A stretch of DNA of 44,158 nucleotides from Alphaproteobacteria bacterium UBA3760 (lineage in GTDB: Bacteria; Pseudomonadota; Alphaproteobacteria; Rs-D84), in the NCBI GenBank assembly GCA_002371155.1, contig DFGC01000005.1:93888-138045 (forward strand), written 5' to 3'. Position numbers and translations under genes: made by a program. Shown piece after piece: positions 28,661 to 38,978 of the stretch. The notes beneath the pieces are model-generated. The model did no database searches. It was not told the DNA's origin and saw only the letters and a program-made list of their open reading frames with translations. Numbering within the stretch: position 1 is the first letter of the stretch; each line of letters opens with the position of its first letter.

Positions 28661-28694
28661 GATTTTTACCTTTTGGGTATTGTATTTTTATTAT

Positions 28695-29012
28695 TTATGA
28701 TTGCAATTCGTGTATCCACGCAATTACGGTTTCTTCGTCCATCAGTCCCGTGCGAGCCTCAATCAAATTGCCGTCGCGAAATGCCAAAATGCTGGGGATA
28801 CTGCGGATTCCAAATTTTGTTGGCGTTTGGCGATTCGTTTCGTCAATCTCGAATTTTACAAAATTGACATTCGAAACCTTGTTCGATACAGATTCAAAAA
28901 TCGGGCCGAACATACGGCATGGTCCACACCATGTTGCCCAGAAATCAACCAATGTTAAACCGTTTTTTATTGTTTCGGAAAAATTCGCATCCGTTGCGTG
29001 TTGTAAAGCCAT
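28695..29012 (-). CDS. trxA: Thioredoxin
   Basis: DFWATWCGPC, GIRSIP. Confidence 0.95.
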   Translation of the reverse strand: MALQHATDANFSETIKNGLTLVDFWATWCGPCRMFGPIFESVSNKVSNVNFVKFEIDETNRQTPTKFGIRSIPSILAFRDGNLIEARTGLMDEETVIAWIHELQS

Positions 29013-29067
29013 TTTTTTCTCCTTGGGTTGTTGATATTCGGATTGAGTGTATTATAATATTGATGAA

Positions 29068-30201
29068 ATGCAAGGTTTTTCGTATATGAATGATGTCGTA
29101 TATTTTGATGCCGCCGCCAGTTTTTTGAAACCTGAATCCGTGATTGATATTCAGGCGGATTTTCTGCGTCATCGATATGCAAATGCGGGGCGGGGGGTGT
29201 GTGCCCGCGCCGGGGCGGTTGATGATATGGTGGCACATGCACGGCAACGGGTTGCGGATTTTATAAATGCAGATAGTGCCCAGATTGTTTTCACATCAAA
29301 TGCAACCGATGGATTAAATCGAGCAACAAATATTATATTGGCGCAATATGGTCATGATTATTTACCAACGGTTGCGGTGTCTGATTTGGATCATCATTCG
29401 GCGCGTTTGCCGTGGGTGGAAATGTTGGCGCGTGGAAAAATTCGTGAATTATTAAAGTGCGAATTGGACGAAAATTTTGACATAAATATAAAATCTGTGC
29501 CGAAATCAGATGTGTTGGTTATAACGGCGATGTCAAATGTGTTGGGGGCGGCGCAAGATGTCGTGGCGATTATTCGTGCGGCGCGACGCAAAAATCCAAA
29601 TGTTATAACCATTGTTGATGCATCGCAATATGTTGTGCATGAAAAGATAGATGTGCGTGCGTGGGATTGTGATTTCTTGGTTTTTTCGGGACATAAAATT
29701 GGTGCGGATACCGGGATTGGAATTTTGTATATTCGTGATGCGGATAAATATATGCCGGATAAGTTTGGTGGTGGTATGGTGTTGCGTGTCGATGATAATA
29801 TGACAATTTGGAATAATGCGCCTGATAAGTTCGAGGCGGGCACTTTGCCATTGACCCAGATTTGTGGATTGGCGGTTGCAATAGATGAATTGGAATCACA
29901 TCGTCCAAATTTAGATTTGATTAAATATATGTATGATGGGTTGAAAAAAAATTCGCGTATAAAAATTTTATCATCACGCGATGCCGCCGTTTTGACATTT
30001 GTTGTTGATGGTATGCATCCGCTGGATTTTGGAACGTATGCGGGGGCAAATGGAATATGTCTGCGCGTGGGAAATATGTGTGCGTCGTGGATTTGTCATG
30101 CGTTGGGTGTTGATGGGGCTGTTCGTGTGTCGGTTGGACCATGGAATACAAAATTGGACGCAGATAAATTTTTATCGGTGGTTGAAAAAATAGTGAAATA
30201 A
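29068..30201 (+). CDS. sufS: SufS-like cysteine desulfurase (class V aminotransferase)
   Basis: YFDAAAS, DHHS, FSGHK, KFEAGT, LRVGNMCA; start 29068 or 29086. Confidence 0.88.
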   Translation: MQGFSYMNDVVYFDAAASFLKPESVIDIQADFLRHRYANAGRGVCARAGAVDDMVAHARQRVADFINADSAQIVFTSNATDGLNRATNIILAQYGHDYLPTVAVSDLDHHSARLPWVEMLARGKIRELLKCELDENFDINIKSVPKSDVLVITAMSNVLGAAQDVVAIIRAARRKNPNVITIVDASQYVVHEKIDVRAWDCDFLVFSGHKIGADTGIGILYIRDADKYMPDKFGGGMVLRVDDNMTIWNNAPDKFEAGTLPLTQICGLAVAIDELESHRPNLDLIKYMYDGLKKNSRIKILSSRDAAVLTFVVDGMHPLDFGTYAGANGICLRVGNMCASWICHALGVDGAVRVSVGPWNTKLDADKFLSVVEKIVK

Positions 30202-30202
30202 A

Positions 30203-30517
30203 ATGTCAAATATCAAAGATGATGTTATCGGTGCATTAAAAACTGTGTATGACCCAGAAATTCCAGTGAATATTTGGGATATGGGGTTGGTATATGATAT
30301 AAAAATCGATGGTGATAAATGCGATATTATTATGACCTTGACCAGTCCCACATGCCCCATGATGGACGAATTGGTTGCAAATGTAAAAAGTGCGGTTGGA
30401 AAATTAGAATCATTAAAAACGGTTGATGTGCATTTGGTGTGGGAACCGGCGTGGGATTTGTCGCGTATGTCGGATGCGGCGCGTGTTGAATTGGATTTGA
30501 TAAACCAAGGATTATAA
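30203..30517 (+). CDS. sufT: SufT/MIP18 (DUF59) Fe-S assembly protein
   Basis: VYDPEIPVNIWDMGLVY, MTLTSPTCP, VWEPAW. Confidence 0.9.
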   Translation: MSNIKDDVIGALKTVYDPEIPVNIWDMGLVYDIKIDGDKCDIIMTLTSPTCPMMDELVANVKSAVGKLESLKTVDVHLVWEPAWDLSRMSDAARVELDLINQGL

Positions 30518-30522
30518 TTTTT

Positions 30523-30885
30523 ATGCAATATGAAAAAATAAAAAAATTTTTAGATTCTTTGGAAAATCCGGTTGATAAATTGGATGCGGTGATGGATTTT
30601 GGGCGACAAATGGAACCTGTGCCGGATGGTGCGCGGTGTTCTGAAATCGCGGGGTGTTCATCGCGTGTTGAATTGTGTGTGTATAATGGGCGAATTTATG
30701 GTCGCGCGGATTCTGGATTGGTTGCGGGAATTGTTGCGATATTGTTGGCGATGGTTGATGGAAAATCATTCGACGATATTAAAAAAATGGATTTGTCACG
30801 CGAATTTTCCGGATTGGGATTACAGTTGGGTGCCGCCAGATTATCAGGGTTAAATTCTATGATTCGTTTTTTGCAAAATTTATGA
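30523..30885 (+). CDS. sufE: SufE family sulfur acceptor
   Basis: IAGCSSRV, ADSGLVAGI, RLSGLNSM. Confidence 0.88.
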   Translation: MQYEKIKKFLDSLENPVDKLDAVMDFGRQMEPVPDGARCSEIAGCSSRVELCVYNGRIYGRADSGLVAGIVAILLAMVDGKSFDDIKKMDLSREFSGLGLQLGAARLSGLNSMIRFLQNL

Positions 30886-30891
30886 TAGAAT

Positions 30892-31203
30892 ATGTCTGGT
30901 AAAAGTGGGACGGATATGAACGAAGAACAAAAAATGTTTAGAATTGGTGTTTGTGCGCTGGTTTGTGTGATGTTTTTAATTGTTTTATTGCAGGTGTGTT
31001 ATAGAACGCAACATAAATCGTTGAAATACACAAACGACGCAATCATTGAAACCCAGAAAAAAATTGCGGTCGCCCAGGCGAATTTTGAAACATTGACGAA
31101 TTCTGGGGTTTTGTTGAGTGCGGTTTCTATGGTTGTGCCAAATGTTGAAATTATTGGATTCAAAAAATACACAAATATTGAAGATTTACCGTTAAGGAAA
31201 TAA
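30892..31203 (+). CDS. ftsL: Cell division protein FtsL-like
   Basis: Short N-terminus, single TM, coiled coil; directly upstream of ftsI; start could be 30916. Confidence 0.65.
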   Translation: MSGKSGTDMNEEQKMFRIGVCALVCVMFLIVLLQVCYRTQHKSLKYTNDAIIETQKKIAVAQANFETLTNSGVLLSAVSMVVPNVEIIGFKKYTNIEDLPLRK

Positions 31204-31206
31204 TAA

Positions 31207-32874
31207 ATGTTCGAGATAGGAAAGGATATTTATCGGTTTGGTGGACGCGTTGCAAAGCATCGTGATACAGAACGCGTCAGATTGAATGTTGTGTATTCTG
31301 TTATTGGTGTTTTGTTTGTTTTATTTATTGCAAAAACTTTATATTATGGTGTGTTGGGAACGAATCGGTCGGGCAAGGCGGATGTTGCGGGAAATTGGGA
31401 AATTACACGCGCCGATATCGAGGACAGAAACGGTGTGAAATTAGCAAAAAATGTTATCAGTACGAAAATCCAGTTGGTTTCTAAACGCGTAGAAAACCCG
31501 GATGCGGTTGCGTTGTTGGTGCATGAAATTTTTCCGTATAAATATTCTGTGAACCAGGTTCTGGATTGGATTCAACGCGGAAAATATGTTGTGTTAAAAG
31601 AACATGCAACCGATGCGGAAATTGCGGCATTCCAAGATGCGTTGCGTGCCGCCAAGCGCGAAGCGCGCCAGCAAAAGAAATCTGAACATAAATTGATGGG
31701 ATTGGAAACCGTGTCCGAACAAGTGCGTCGTTATCCGAAACATAATCTGTTTGCGCATGCGGTTGGTTTTGTTGGCAAAGAAGGTGTTGGTTTGGATGGT
31801 GCGGAAAGAATTTTCGATTCGTATTTGCGTGAAAATACTGACCCGTTGCGGTTGTCGTTGGATGCACGAATCCAAGAGCAATTCCATACCCGTTTGACCG
31901 AGGCGATGAATACATATCATGCCAAGGCTGCGACAGGAATGTTGATGAATGCGCGCACGGGCGAAATGTTGGCGATGGTTTCTTTGCCTGATTATGACCC
32001 AGAACGCGTATCGGCGTATCCGGTTGCGAATCGTATATTCAAACCAATGCGTGATGTATTGGAAATGGGGTCTGTATTCAAAATATTTAATACGGCGATT
32101 GCATATGAAAATAATATTGGTGGTCGGTATTATGTTGCAAAACCATATATTTTACGGACAAAAAGTGGTCGGTATGTGCATACTTTCCATGATTCACAAA
32201 AAATGAAGCAAGATTTTATGACCGTTGACGAGGTTATGGTGCATTCGTGTAATGTGGGCAGTGTTCAAATCGCTGAAAAATTCCCAGATGGTGCCCAGGC
32301 TGAATTTTTTCATCGGTTGCATTTGGATGAAAAATTGGATTTAGAATTTGGCAAAACTGAAAAATCTATTTTTCCAAAAAAATGGCGCATCACTGATATT
32401 GCATCGGCTTCGTTTGGACATACGGTTGCGGTGACACCAATGCATCTGTTTTTGGGGGTAAATGCCGTCACAAATGGTGGTATTTACATAAATCCGACAA
32501 TTAAAAAGCGCGATGTTGGACGTATTGTCGGTGAACGCGTGTTGGATGAAAAAATATCGGCAAAACTGCGCGCGAATATGGTGCGTGTTGTTGAAGAAAC
32601 CAGTGGTAAATTGGCGCGTATAAATGGAATTAAAATTGGTGGAAAAACCGGGACGGCGGAAAAACGCGACAGTGCCGGCGTGTCCGACAGACGGCGTAAT
32701 GTGACAACATTTGTTGGAATTTTCCCGGCGGATGCACCGCAGTATATTATTATGGTAAATCTGGACGAACCCCAAGGTGTCGCGGAATCGGGTGGGTGGC
32801 GAACCGCATCACAAAATTCGGTGCCGACGGTTGGGAAAATATTGGATGGAATCCTGCCATTGCTATTTGAATAA
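31207..32874 (+). CDS. ftsI: Class B penicillin-binding protein FtsI (PBP3)
   Basis: RADIEDRNG, RRYP, SVFK, SCN, KTGT. Confidence 0.92.
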   Translation: MFEIGKDIYRFGGRVAKHRDTERVRLNVVYSVIGVLFVLFIAKTLYYGVLGTNRSGKADVAGNWEITRADIEDRNGVKLAKNVISTKIQLVSKRVENPDAVALLVHEIFPYKYSVNQVLDWIQRGKYVVLKEHATDAEIAAFQDALRAAKREARQQKKSEHKLMGLETVSEQVRRYPKHNLFAHAVGFVGKEGVGLDGAERIFDSYLRENTDPLRLSLDARIQEQFHTRLTEAMNTYHAKAATGMLMNARTGEMLAMVSLPDYDPERVSAYPVANRIFKPMRDVLEMGSVFKIFNTAIAYENNIGGRYYVAKPYILRTKSGRYVHTFHDSQKMKQDFMTVDEVMVHSCNVGSVQIAEKFPDGAQAEFFHRLHLDEKLDLEFGKTEKSIFPKKWRITDIASASFGHTVAVTPMHLFLGVNAVTNGGIYINPTIKKRDVGRIVGERVLDEKISAKLRANMVRVVEETSGKLARINGIKIGGKTGTAEKRDSAGVSDRRRNVTTFVGIFPADAPQYIIMVNLDEPQGVAESGGWRTASQNSVPTVGKILDGILPLLFE

Positions 32875-32909
32875 TTTTCAGTTATAATACACTTGATAAT
32901 AAAAAAAGA

Positions 32910-34685
32910 GTGTATAAGTTGAAAACGATAGTTGAAAAATCCATGCTGGGACAAGCATGGGTGTTGAGCCAAGGTATAGATTTTGATGCAAACACAGATT
33001 TTGGCGATGATTTGGTCCGAAAAATTCTGAATGGGCGTGGTATTGTTGGGGCGGCGGATATTGCAAAATTTTTGTCGCCAACAATCAAGGAATATATGCC
33101 TGACCCGTTTGTGTTGCGCGATATGGATGTTGCGGCGCGTATTATCCGGGATGCAATTTGTGCAAATAAAAAAATCGCAATCTATGGAGATTATGATGTC
33201 GATGGAATTACATCAACGGCTGTGTTTGTAAAATTTTTGCGTGCCATGGGGGTTGATACGGTTTGGCATGTCCCGACGCGTGATGGCGAAGGATACGGAT
33301 TAAATATTGCGGCAATCGATGAATTGGCGGCGGCGGGTGCAGATGTTTTAATTACTGTTGATTGTGGTATCAGTTGTGTGGCCGAGGTTGCACATGCAAA
33401 AAATCGTGGAATGACGGTTGTCGTGACCGACCATCATTTGCCAGACAGTTCTTTGCCAAATGCGGATGCGGTTGTAAATCCAAAGCGCGCCGATGATACA
33501 TCGGGGTTGAATTATTTGGCGGGGGTTGGTGTTGCGTTTTTGACTTTGGTTGCGGTAAATCGCGAATTGCGAAATGCAAATTTATCTGATGAAAAATCTG
33601 TGTTGCAATCAAAAATAGATTTAATTAGTTATATGGATTTGGTCGCATTGGGAACGGTGTGCGATACCATGCCGTTGGTTGGGTTAAATCGTGCGTTTGT
33701 TTCTACGGGATTAAAAGTATTGGATGCGCGTAGAAATCTGGGGTTGCGCGTGTTGATGGATGTCGCCGGGGTAAAGCATGCGTCGGTATATGTTGCAGGA
33801 TTCGTTTTGGGACCCCGGTTAAATGCCGCCGGACGATTGGATTCGGCCAAGCCTGCGTTGGAATTATTGTTGACAGACAATCCGTTGGTTGCGCGTGCAT
33901 TGGCTGAAAAGTTAGATCAGATGAATAAAGACCGTATCGATATTCAAAATGCAATTATGTTGGGTGCAACAGAAAAAGCCGAAGAATTTTGTCGCCAGGG
34001 TCGATGCAGTTTGTTTATCTGTGGCGATAATTGGCACGGTGGTGTGATGGGAATTATCGCGGGTCGGTTAAAGGATAAATATAATCGTCCGTCGTGCGTT
34101 GCAACCAAGATTGACGGTGTTATAAATGGGTCGGGGCGGTCGGTCGCAAATGTTGATTTGGGGCGCATAATTCACGAGGCGTTGGCATTGGGTATCGTTA
34201 GCGAGGGTGGTGGTCATGCGGCTGCTGCTGGATTTTCTTTGCCGGTGGACAAAGAAAATGAATTTTGCGAATTTTTGGAAAAATCGGTGGCGGCACAGTT
34301 GGGCGATAATCCGATTGTGCCCGAGGTTTTGGTTGATGCCGAAATCGATGCCAGTGGTGCAACAATGGATTTGGTGAATAAAATGTCTGTGTTGGCACCG
34401 TTTGGTCAGGGCAACCCAGAACCAGAATTGGTATTAAATGGCGCGGTTTTGCAATATGCAACGGTGATGGGTAATGGTGCGCATTTGCGTGGGGCGGTAA
34501 AAACATCACTGGGGGGGACGGTCGCGTTCGTTGGGTTTAATATGGTCGGAACGCCGGTTGGTAATTTTTTACTGGACGATGCGAATACAAACACTACAAT
34601 ATCTATGCTGGGGCGGTTAAAGGATAATGAATTTAACGGACGGCATTCGGTGCAATTTATGTTGGAAGATATTGCAATAAAGTAA
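32910..34685 (+). CDS. recJ: ssDNA exonuclease RecJ
   Basis: GDYDVDG, TVDCG, DHH, GPRLNAAGR, GGGHAAAAG. Confidence 0.96.
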   Translation: MYKLKTIVEKSMLGQAWVLSQGIDFDANTDFGDDLVRKILNGRGIVGAADIAKFLSPTIKEYMPDPFVLRDMDVAARIIRDAICANKKIAIYGDYDVDGITSTAVFVKFLRAMGVDTVWHVPTRDGEGYGLNIAAIDELAAAGADVLITVDCGISCVAEVAHAKNRGMTVVVTDHHLPDSSLPNADAVVNPKRADDTSGLNYLAGVGVAFLTLVAVNRELRNANLSDEKSVLQSKIDLISYMDLVALGTVCDTMPLVGLNRAFVSTGLKVLDARRNLGLRVLMDVAGVKHASVYVAGFVLGPRLNAAGRLDSAKPALELLLTDNPLVARALAEKLDQMNKDRIDIQNAIMLGATEKAEEFCRQGRCSLFICGDNWHGGVMGIIAGRLKDKYNRPSCVATKIDGVINGSGRSVANVDLGRIIHEALALGIVSEGGGHAAAAGFSLPVDKENEFCEFLEKSVAAQLGDNPIVPEVLVDAEIDASGATMDLVNKMSVLAPFGQGNPEPELVLNGAVLQYATVMGNGAHLRGAVKTSLGGTVAFVGFNMVGTPVGNFLLDDANTNTTISMLGRLKDNEFNGRHSVQFMLEDIAIK

Positions 34686-34689
34686 AATT

Positions 34690-35640
34690 ATGAAAAATGA
34701 AACAAAAAAATTTATAGAAAAAATTAAATCGGCAAAATCGATTTTGTTGGCGGCGCATAAAAACCCAGATGGTGATGCGTTGTGTTCTGTGTTGGCATTA
34801 TATCAATTGATTTTGTTGAATTATGGCATTGATGCGGTTTGTGTTTATGATGGTAATGTGCCGGATGCGTTGCATTATGTGCCTTTGCGCGGGCATGCAC
34901 GATTTTATGGGCATGTCGATTTAACAAATAAATTTGATTTGGCAATATTATTAGATTATGGAACGGTCAAAAATATCGGTGGGACATTTGACGCGATAAA
35001 CAACGCAAAGTATTTGATTGAAATTGACCATCATAAAAATGATAACAAGATTGGTAATTTATGTTTGGATGATGATACGGCGGCGGCAACGGGATGCGTG
35101 CTGTATGATTTGATGATAGATGCCGGGTGGAAATATGATGACAAGGTTTTGAACCTGATTGCGCTGGCGATTTTGACCGATACAGGCAATTTTAAATATG
35201 CCCGTGATGGGCGGTCGCTGCGGATTATGGCGGAATTGGTGGACGCGGGTGTGGATATAAATCGTTTGATGGATTTATTAAATAATAAACCCCGCAAAAC
35301 AATTCAGACCGAGGCGATGGTTGTCGCAAATGCTGAATTTTTCTATCGTAATCGTTTGGCGATTGCGGTTGTTGATTCGGCGGCATATAAAAATCTGGAT
35401 GGGCGTGGTGCGACGGCGTTGTCTTTGTTGGCACAAATCAAGGGGGTCGAGTTTATTGTTTTATTAAAAGAACAAAAAGAAAATCAAATTGGTGTGTCGT
35501 TGCGCAGTAAATCTGTGCCGGTGAATACAATTGCCGAGGCCATTGGTGGCGGCGGTCATATGTATGCGTCGGGTGCGGTCGTGTCCGACAATTTGGAAAA
35601 TGTTAAACAAAAAATAGTTCAATTATTCAAAGGGGTATAG
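34690..35640 (+). CDS. nrnA: DHH/DHHA1 phosphoesterase (NrnA-like nanoRNase / pAp phosphatase)
   Basis: HKNPDGDA, IDHH, TDTGNF, SLRS, GGGGH. Confidence 0.85.
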   Translation: MKNETKKFIEKIKSAKSILLAAHKNPDGDALCSVLALYQLILLNYGIDAVCVYDGNVPDALHYVPLRGHARFYGHVDLTNKFDLAILLDYGTVKNIGGTFDAINNAKYLIEIDHHKNDNKIGNLCLDDDTAAATGCVLYDLMIDAGWKYDDKVLNLIALAILTDTGNFKYARDGRSLRIMAELVDAGVDINRLMDLLNNKPRKTIQTEAMVVANAEFFYRNRLAIAVVDSAAYKNLDGRGATALSLLAQIKGVEFIVLLKEQKENQIGVSLRSKSVPVNTIAEAIGGGGHMYASGAVVSDNLENVKQKIVQLFKGV

Positions 35641-35644
35641 AGAG

Positions 35645-36259
35645 ATGAAAAAATTTATCGCGTTTATTTTTGCTGTGTTGGTTACGGTGCCATGTGTTGC
35701 CGATGTAAATCAAAGTTATGTTAAATCGGCGGAAAAATATCTGAATTCGGTGACGGGATTGTCGGGTGATTTTATACAAACATCAAATGGGCGTGTTGCC
35801 AAAGGTTTGTTCGCGATGTTGCGTCCCGGCAAAGTGCGTTTGGATTATACAAATTCTGGGATTCAGTTGATTTCAGATGGGTCGGATTTGTATTTCTTTG
35901 ATAAATCGTTGGACCAAATTACAACTGTGCCATTGACCAGCACGCCCGCCGGAATTTTGGTCAGAAAAAAAATAGATTTGCAAAATGATGATATTGTTGT
36001 GTCGGATACTTTTGATGGGAAAACAACATTTGCGTTGAATATGTATCTGCGCGATAACCGTGGGTTGGGGCATATGACGGTTGTGTTTGATAAAAATCCG
36101 GTTAAATTGAAATCTTGGACGGTGACCGATGCAACCGGGGTCAGTACCGATGTTGTGTTTCGTAATTTGAAACCCAAGACCGATTTTAGTAAAAATTATT
36201 TCCAAATCAGTCGTCATAAAACAGTCAGTAATGCCGGTGGCGATGCGTTTTACGAATAA
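35645..36259 (+). CDS. lolA: Outer-membrane lipoprotein carrier LolA
   Basis: Signal peptide; GDFIQ, RPGKVRLDY, LISDG, PLTSTP. Confidence 0.9.
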   Translation: MKKFIAFIFAVLVTVPCVADVNQSYVKSAEKYLNSVTGLSGDFIQTSNGRVAKGLFAMLRPGKVRLDYTNSGIQLISDGSDLYFFDKSLDQITTVPLTSTPAGILVRKKIDLQNDDIVVSDTFDGKTTFALNMYLRDNRGLGHMTVVFDKNPVKLKSWTVTDATGVSTDVVFRNLKPKTDFSKNYFQISRHKTVSNAGGDAFYE

Positions 36260-36261
36260 AA

Positions 36262-36546
36262 ATGTTCGGGATAAGTTGGGCTGAATTTTTAGTAATTTTA
36301 ATTGTCGCAATTTTGGTTGTGCCGGTTAAGTATTGGCCGGATGTGGCGCGTGCATTGGCGCGCGCGGTTAAATATGTGCGCGCGTTTATTTGGAAAATCA
36401 CTGACGCAACCGATAAAATCAAAGACCAAATTGATTTAGAAAAACCAATCGATGATATTATAAACACCACAACAAATGATGTGCTGGGGGATTTTTCGGA
36501 ACCAATTAAAAAATCAAAAAAACGCAAAGTAAGTAAATCAAAATGA
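36262..36546 (+). CDS. tatB: Twin-arginine translocase TatB
   Basis: MFGISWAEFLVILIVAILVV..P.VAR; overlaps tatC. Confidence 0.85.
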   Translation: MFGISWAEFLVILIVAILVVPVKYWPDVARALARAVKYVRAFIWKITDATDKIKDQIDLEKPIDDIINTTTNDVLGDFSEPIKKSKKRKVSKSK

Positions 36547-37256
36547 TACAGAAAAAAATGACTTTGATGGAACATTTTTCTGAATTGCGGCGGCGATTGT
36601 TGTGGTGTGCGTTTATATTTTTAATGGCGTTTATTTTTGGGTGGTATGTTGCGCCATGGGTCCAAGAATTTTTAACCATGCCGTTATTAAATGTTTGGGA
36701 TGGAAATTTGTTATATAACGCAATCACAGATGGTTTGATGATTCGTTTGTCTTTGTCAATGGTGGTTGCGTTGATTGTGGTGATACCGGTGGCGTTGTGG
36801 CATGTGTGGGCTTTTGTTGCGCCGGGGTTAAAGAAAAACGAAAAAAAATTTATTTGGCCGTTGATGATTGCGTCGCCAATATTATTTTTAATTGGTGCGG
36901 CGTTTGCGTTTTATATTTTGTTTCCGTTTGTGTTTGGTTTTTTTATTGAATTAAATAAATCGTCAAATGTGCCGGCGATTGTGTTGCCGGCGGTGCGCGA
37001 TTATCTGTCGTTTGCAATCAGTTTATTAAAAGTTTTTGGTGTCGCATTTCAATTGCCAATATTGATGATTTTTTTAAATCGAATCGGTGTGTTGCCACGT
37101 TCACGTGTGGTTGCAATGCGACGATATGCGATAATTGTGGTCGTTGTTGTGGCGGCGGTGTTGACCCCACCCGATATTGTGTCCCAGATTTTATTGGCTG
37201 TGCCAATGTGGTTGTTGTTTGAATTGAGTATTTTATTTATGCGTCGCGATTCGTGA
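36543..37256 (+). CDS. tatC: Twin-arginine translocase TatC
   Basis: EHFSELRRRL, FVAPGL, AFQLP, RRYAI, TPPD. Confidence 0.96.
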   Translation: MIQKKMTLMEHFSELRRRLLWCAFIFLMAFIFGWYVAPWVQEFLTMPLLNVWDGNLLYNAITDGLMIRLSLSMVVALIVVIPVALWHVWAFVAPGLKKNEKKFIWPLMIASPILFLIGAAFAFYILFPFVFGFFIELNKSSNVPAIVLPAVRDYLSFAISLLKVFGVAFQLPILMIFLNRIGVLPRSRVVAMRRYAIIVVVVVAAVLTPPDIVSQILLAVPMWLLFELSILFMRRDS

Positions 37257-37309
37257 TTTGTTTTATCAAATGATTTATTTGTCGATAAAAATATGATATA
37301 ATTCGTTGG

Positions 37310-38836
37310 ATGAAAAAATTATTATGCGTTTTTGTGTGCGTGTTTTCTGTCGTTATGACGGGGTGTGATTTGCAACCAAAAATTGCGTCGATACCGGATA
37401 ATGTTGGCGATTTTATTTCAACGCGTTATCCAACATTATTGGCAGAACCCGATAGTGAGATTTATGAAACCGCGGTTGCGGACTATGGCGTGTATGCGTC
37501 GCCGGCGGTGTATGGAAATGGTGATATAACCGGCGATGATTATGTTTTGTATTCTTCGACCGATGATTATATGATGCCTGCCCAGGATACATATGTTGAT
37601 GAAAATGATGTTGGTATGCCGGATGTGGATGATACGGAATATGTGGCAGTGAATGAAAATAAAAATGATGCGAAATCTGAATATGGATTTGCGCCGGACG
37701 ATGATGTTGATGATTTGATAATACCGGATTATAAAGTGTCGGATTTGGTTGTGAAACCAAAATCAAAACCAAATGTTGATGCACCGCGTGTGGCAGCGAA
37801 ATCTGAATCGAAAAAAATACCGGAAAAAGCAAAATCAACGGCAACAAAGACGGTTGCGGATAAAAAATTGGATTCAACCGCAAATGCCAAAAAAACAAAA
37901 TCGGCGGATGCAAATTTGGTGCGTGCAGATGTGCGCGAAATAACGGTGCAACGGGGCGACACATTGTATTCTTTGTCGCGTCAATATGCGGTGCCGGTAA
38001 ATGATTTGGCGGTGATGAATAAAATCAGCGCACCATTTGCGTTGTCGGTTGGACAAAAGTTAAAGGTGCCGGATGTTTTGTCGGTGACGGCGAAAAATAC
38101 AGAAAAAAAGTCCCAATCAAAAAACAATGAAAAACCGGTTGCGAATAAAGATAACGCGAAAAACGCAACAACGACGACGGTGAAAAAATCGGCGGCGGTG
38201 GCGACATCAAAAACAACCAATGTTAAACCGGAAAAATCAGCGGTTGCAAAATCAGAGCCCAAGGCCGATAAAAAATCGACAGTGGTTAAATCTGATACTA
38301 AAAAAGCAAATGCGAAAACGGCGACGCAAAATACAAATGTAAAAACGACAACGAAAAAAACAAATACAACAAAGACAGAAACGAAAACAAATACGCAAAA
38401 AAATACTGCGCAAAAACAATCACAGAAAACAACTGTGCAGAAAATTGCGGCGCGGTCATCGTCTAAATTTTCATGGCCGGTGCGTGGCAAGATTTTATCG
38501 GGATATGGGTCAAAAACAAATGGGTTGTTTAATGATGGTATAAATATCAAGGCATCGCGTGGTGCGACGGTTGCGGCGGCGGAAAATGGATTGGTTGCAT
38601 ATGCCGGAAATGAGGTCAAAGGTATGGGAAACCTGGTTATAATTCAACACTCGGATGGTTGGATGACGGTGTATGCGCATATGGAATCTATGTCGGTTCG
38701 GCGCGGACATAAAGTTTCGGTTGGTCAAAAAATTGGCACCGTTGGCACATCAGGCAAGGTTGACCAGCCCCAGTTGCACTTTGAAATTCGTAAAGGGACA
38801 CGCGCATACAACCCAATAAATTACCTGAAAAAATAG
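37310..38836 (+). CDS. nlpD: LysM + M23 lipoprotein (NlpD/DipM-like)
   Basis: Lipobox MTG-C; LysM VQRGDTLYSLSR; Lys/Thr-rich linker; WPVRG, NDGINI, YAH, LHFEIR. Confidence 0.85.
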   Translation: MKKLLCVFVCVFSVVMTGCDLQPKIASIPDNVGDFISTRYPTLLAEPDSEIYETAVADYGVYASPAVYGNGDITGDDYVLYSSTDDYMMPAQDTYVDENDVGMPDVDDTEYVAVNENKNDAKSEYGFAPDDDVDDLIIPDYKVSDLVVKPKSKPNVDAPRVAAKSESKKIPEKAKSTATKTVADKKLDSTANAKKTKSADANLVRADVREITVQRGDTLYSLSRQYAVPVNDLAVMNKISAPFALSVGQKLKVPDVLSVTAKNTEKKSQSKNNEKPVANKDNAKNATTTTVKKSAAVATSKTTNVKPEKSAVAKSEPKADKKSTVVKSDTKKANAKTATQNTNVKTTTKKTNTTKTETKTNTQKNTAQKQSQKTTVQKIAARSSSKFSWPVRGKILSGYGSKTNGLFNDGINIKASRGATVAAAENGLVAYAGNEVKGMGNLVIIQHSDGWMTVYAHMESMSVRRGHKVSVGQKIGTVGTSGKVDQPQLHFEIRKGTRAYNPINYLKK

Positions 38837-38902
38837 TGCGCGCGTGATAAAAACTTGATTTTGTCATATTTTATAATATAATCTGGGGTGCAATTTAGTT
38901 TT

Positions 38903-38978
38903 GGATGCATAGCTCAGTTGGTAGAGCAACTGACTCTTAATCAGTGGGTCCAGGGTTCGAGTCCCTGTGCGTCCACCA
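38903..38978 (+). tRNA. tRNA-Lys (CTT)
   Basis: 76 nt; acceptor GGATGCA/TGCGTCC, D-arm AGCTCAGTTGGTAGAGC, anticodon CTT 38936-38938, GGTTCGA T-loop, encoded CCA. Confidence 0.97.

Noticed and set aside
37760-38440. A-rich low-complexity tract and antisense ORF 37981..38619
   Set aside because: Lys/Thr-rich linker of the LysM-M23 protein; the antisense ORF is a shadow.
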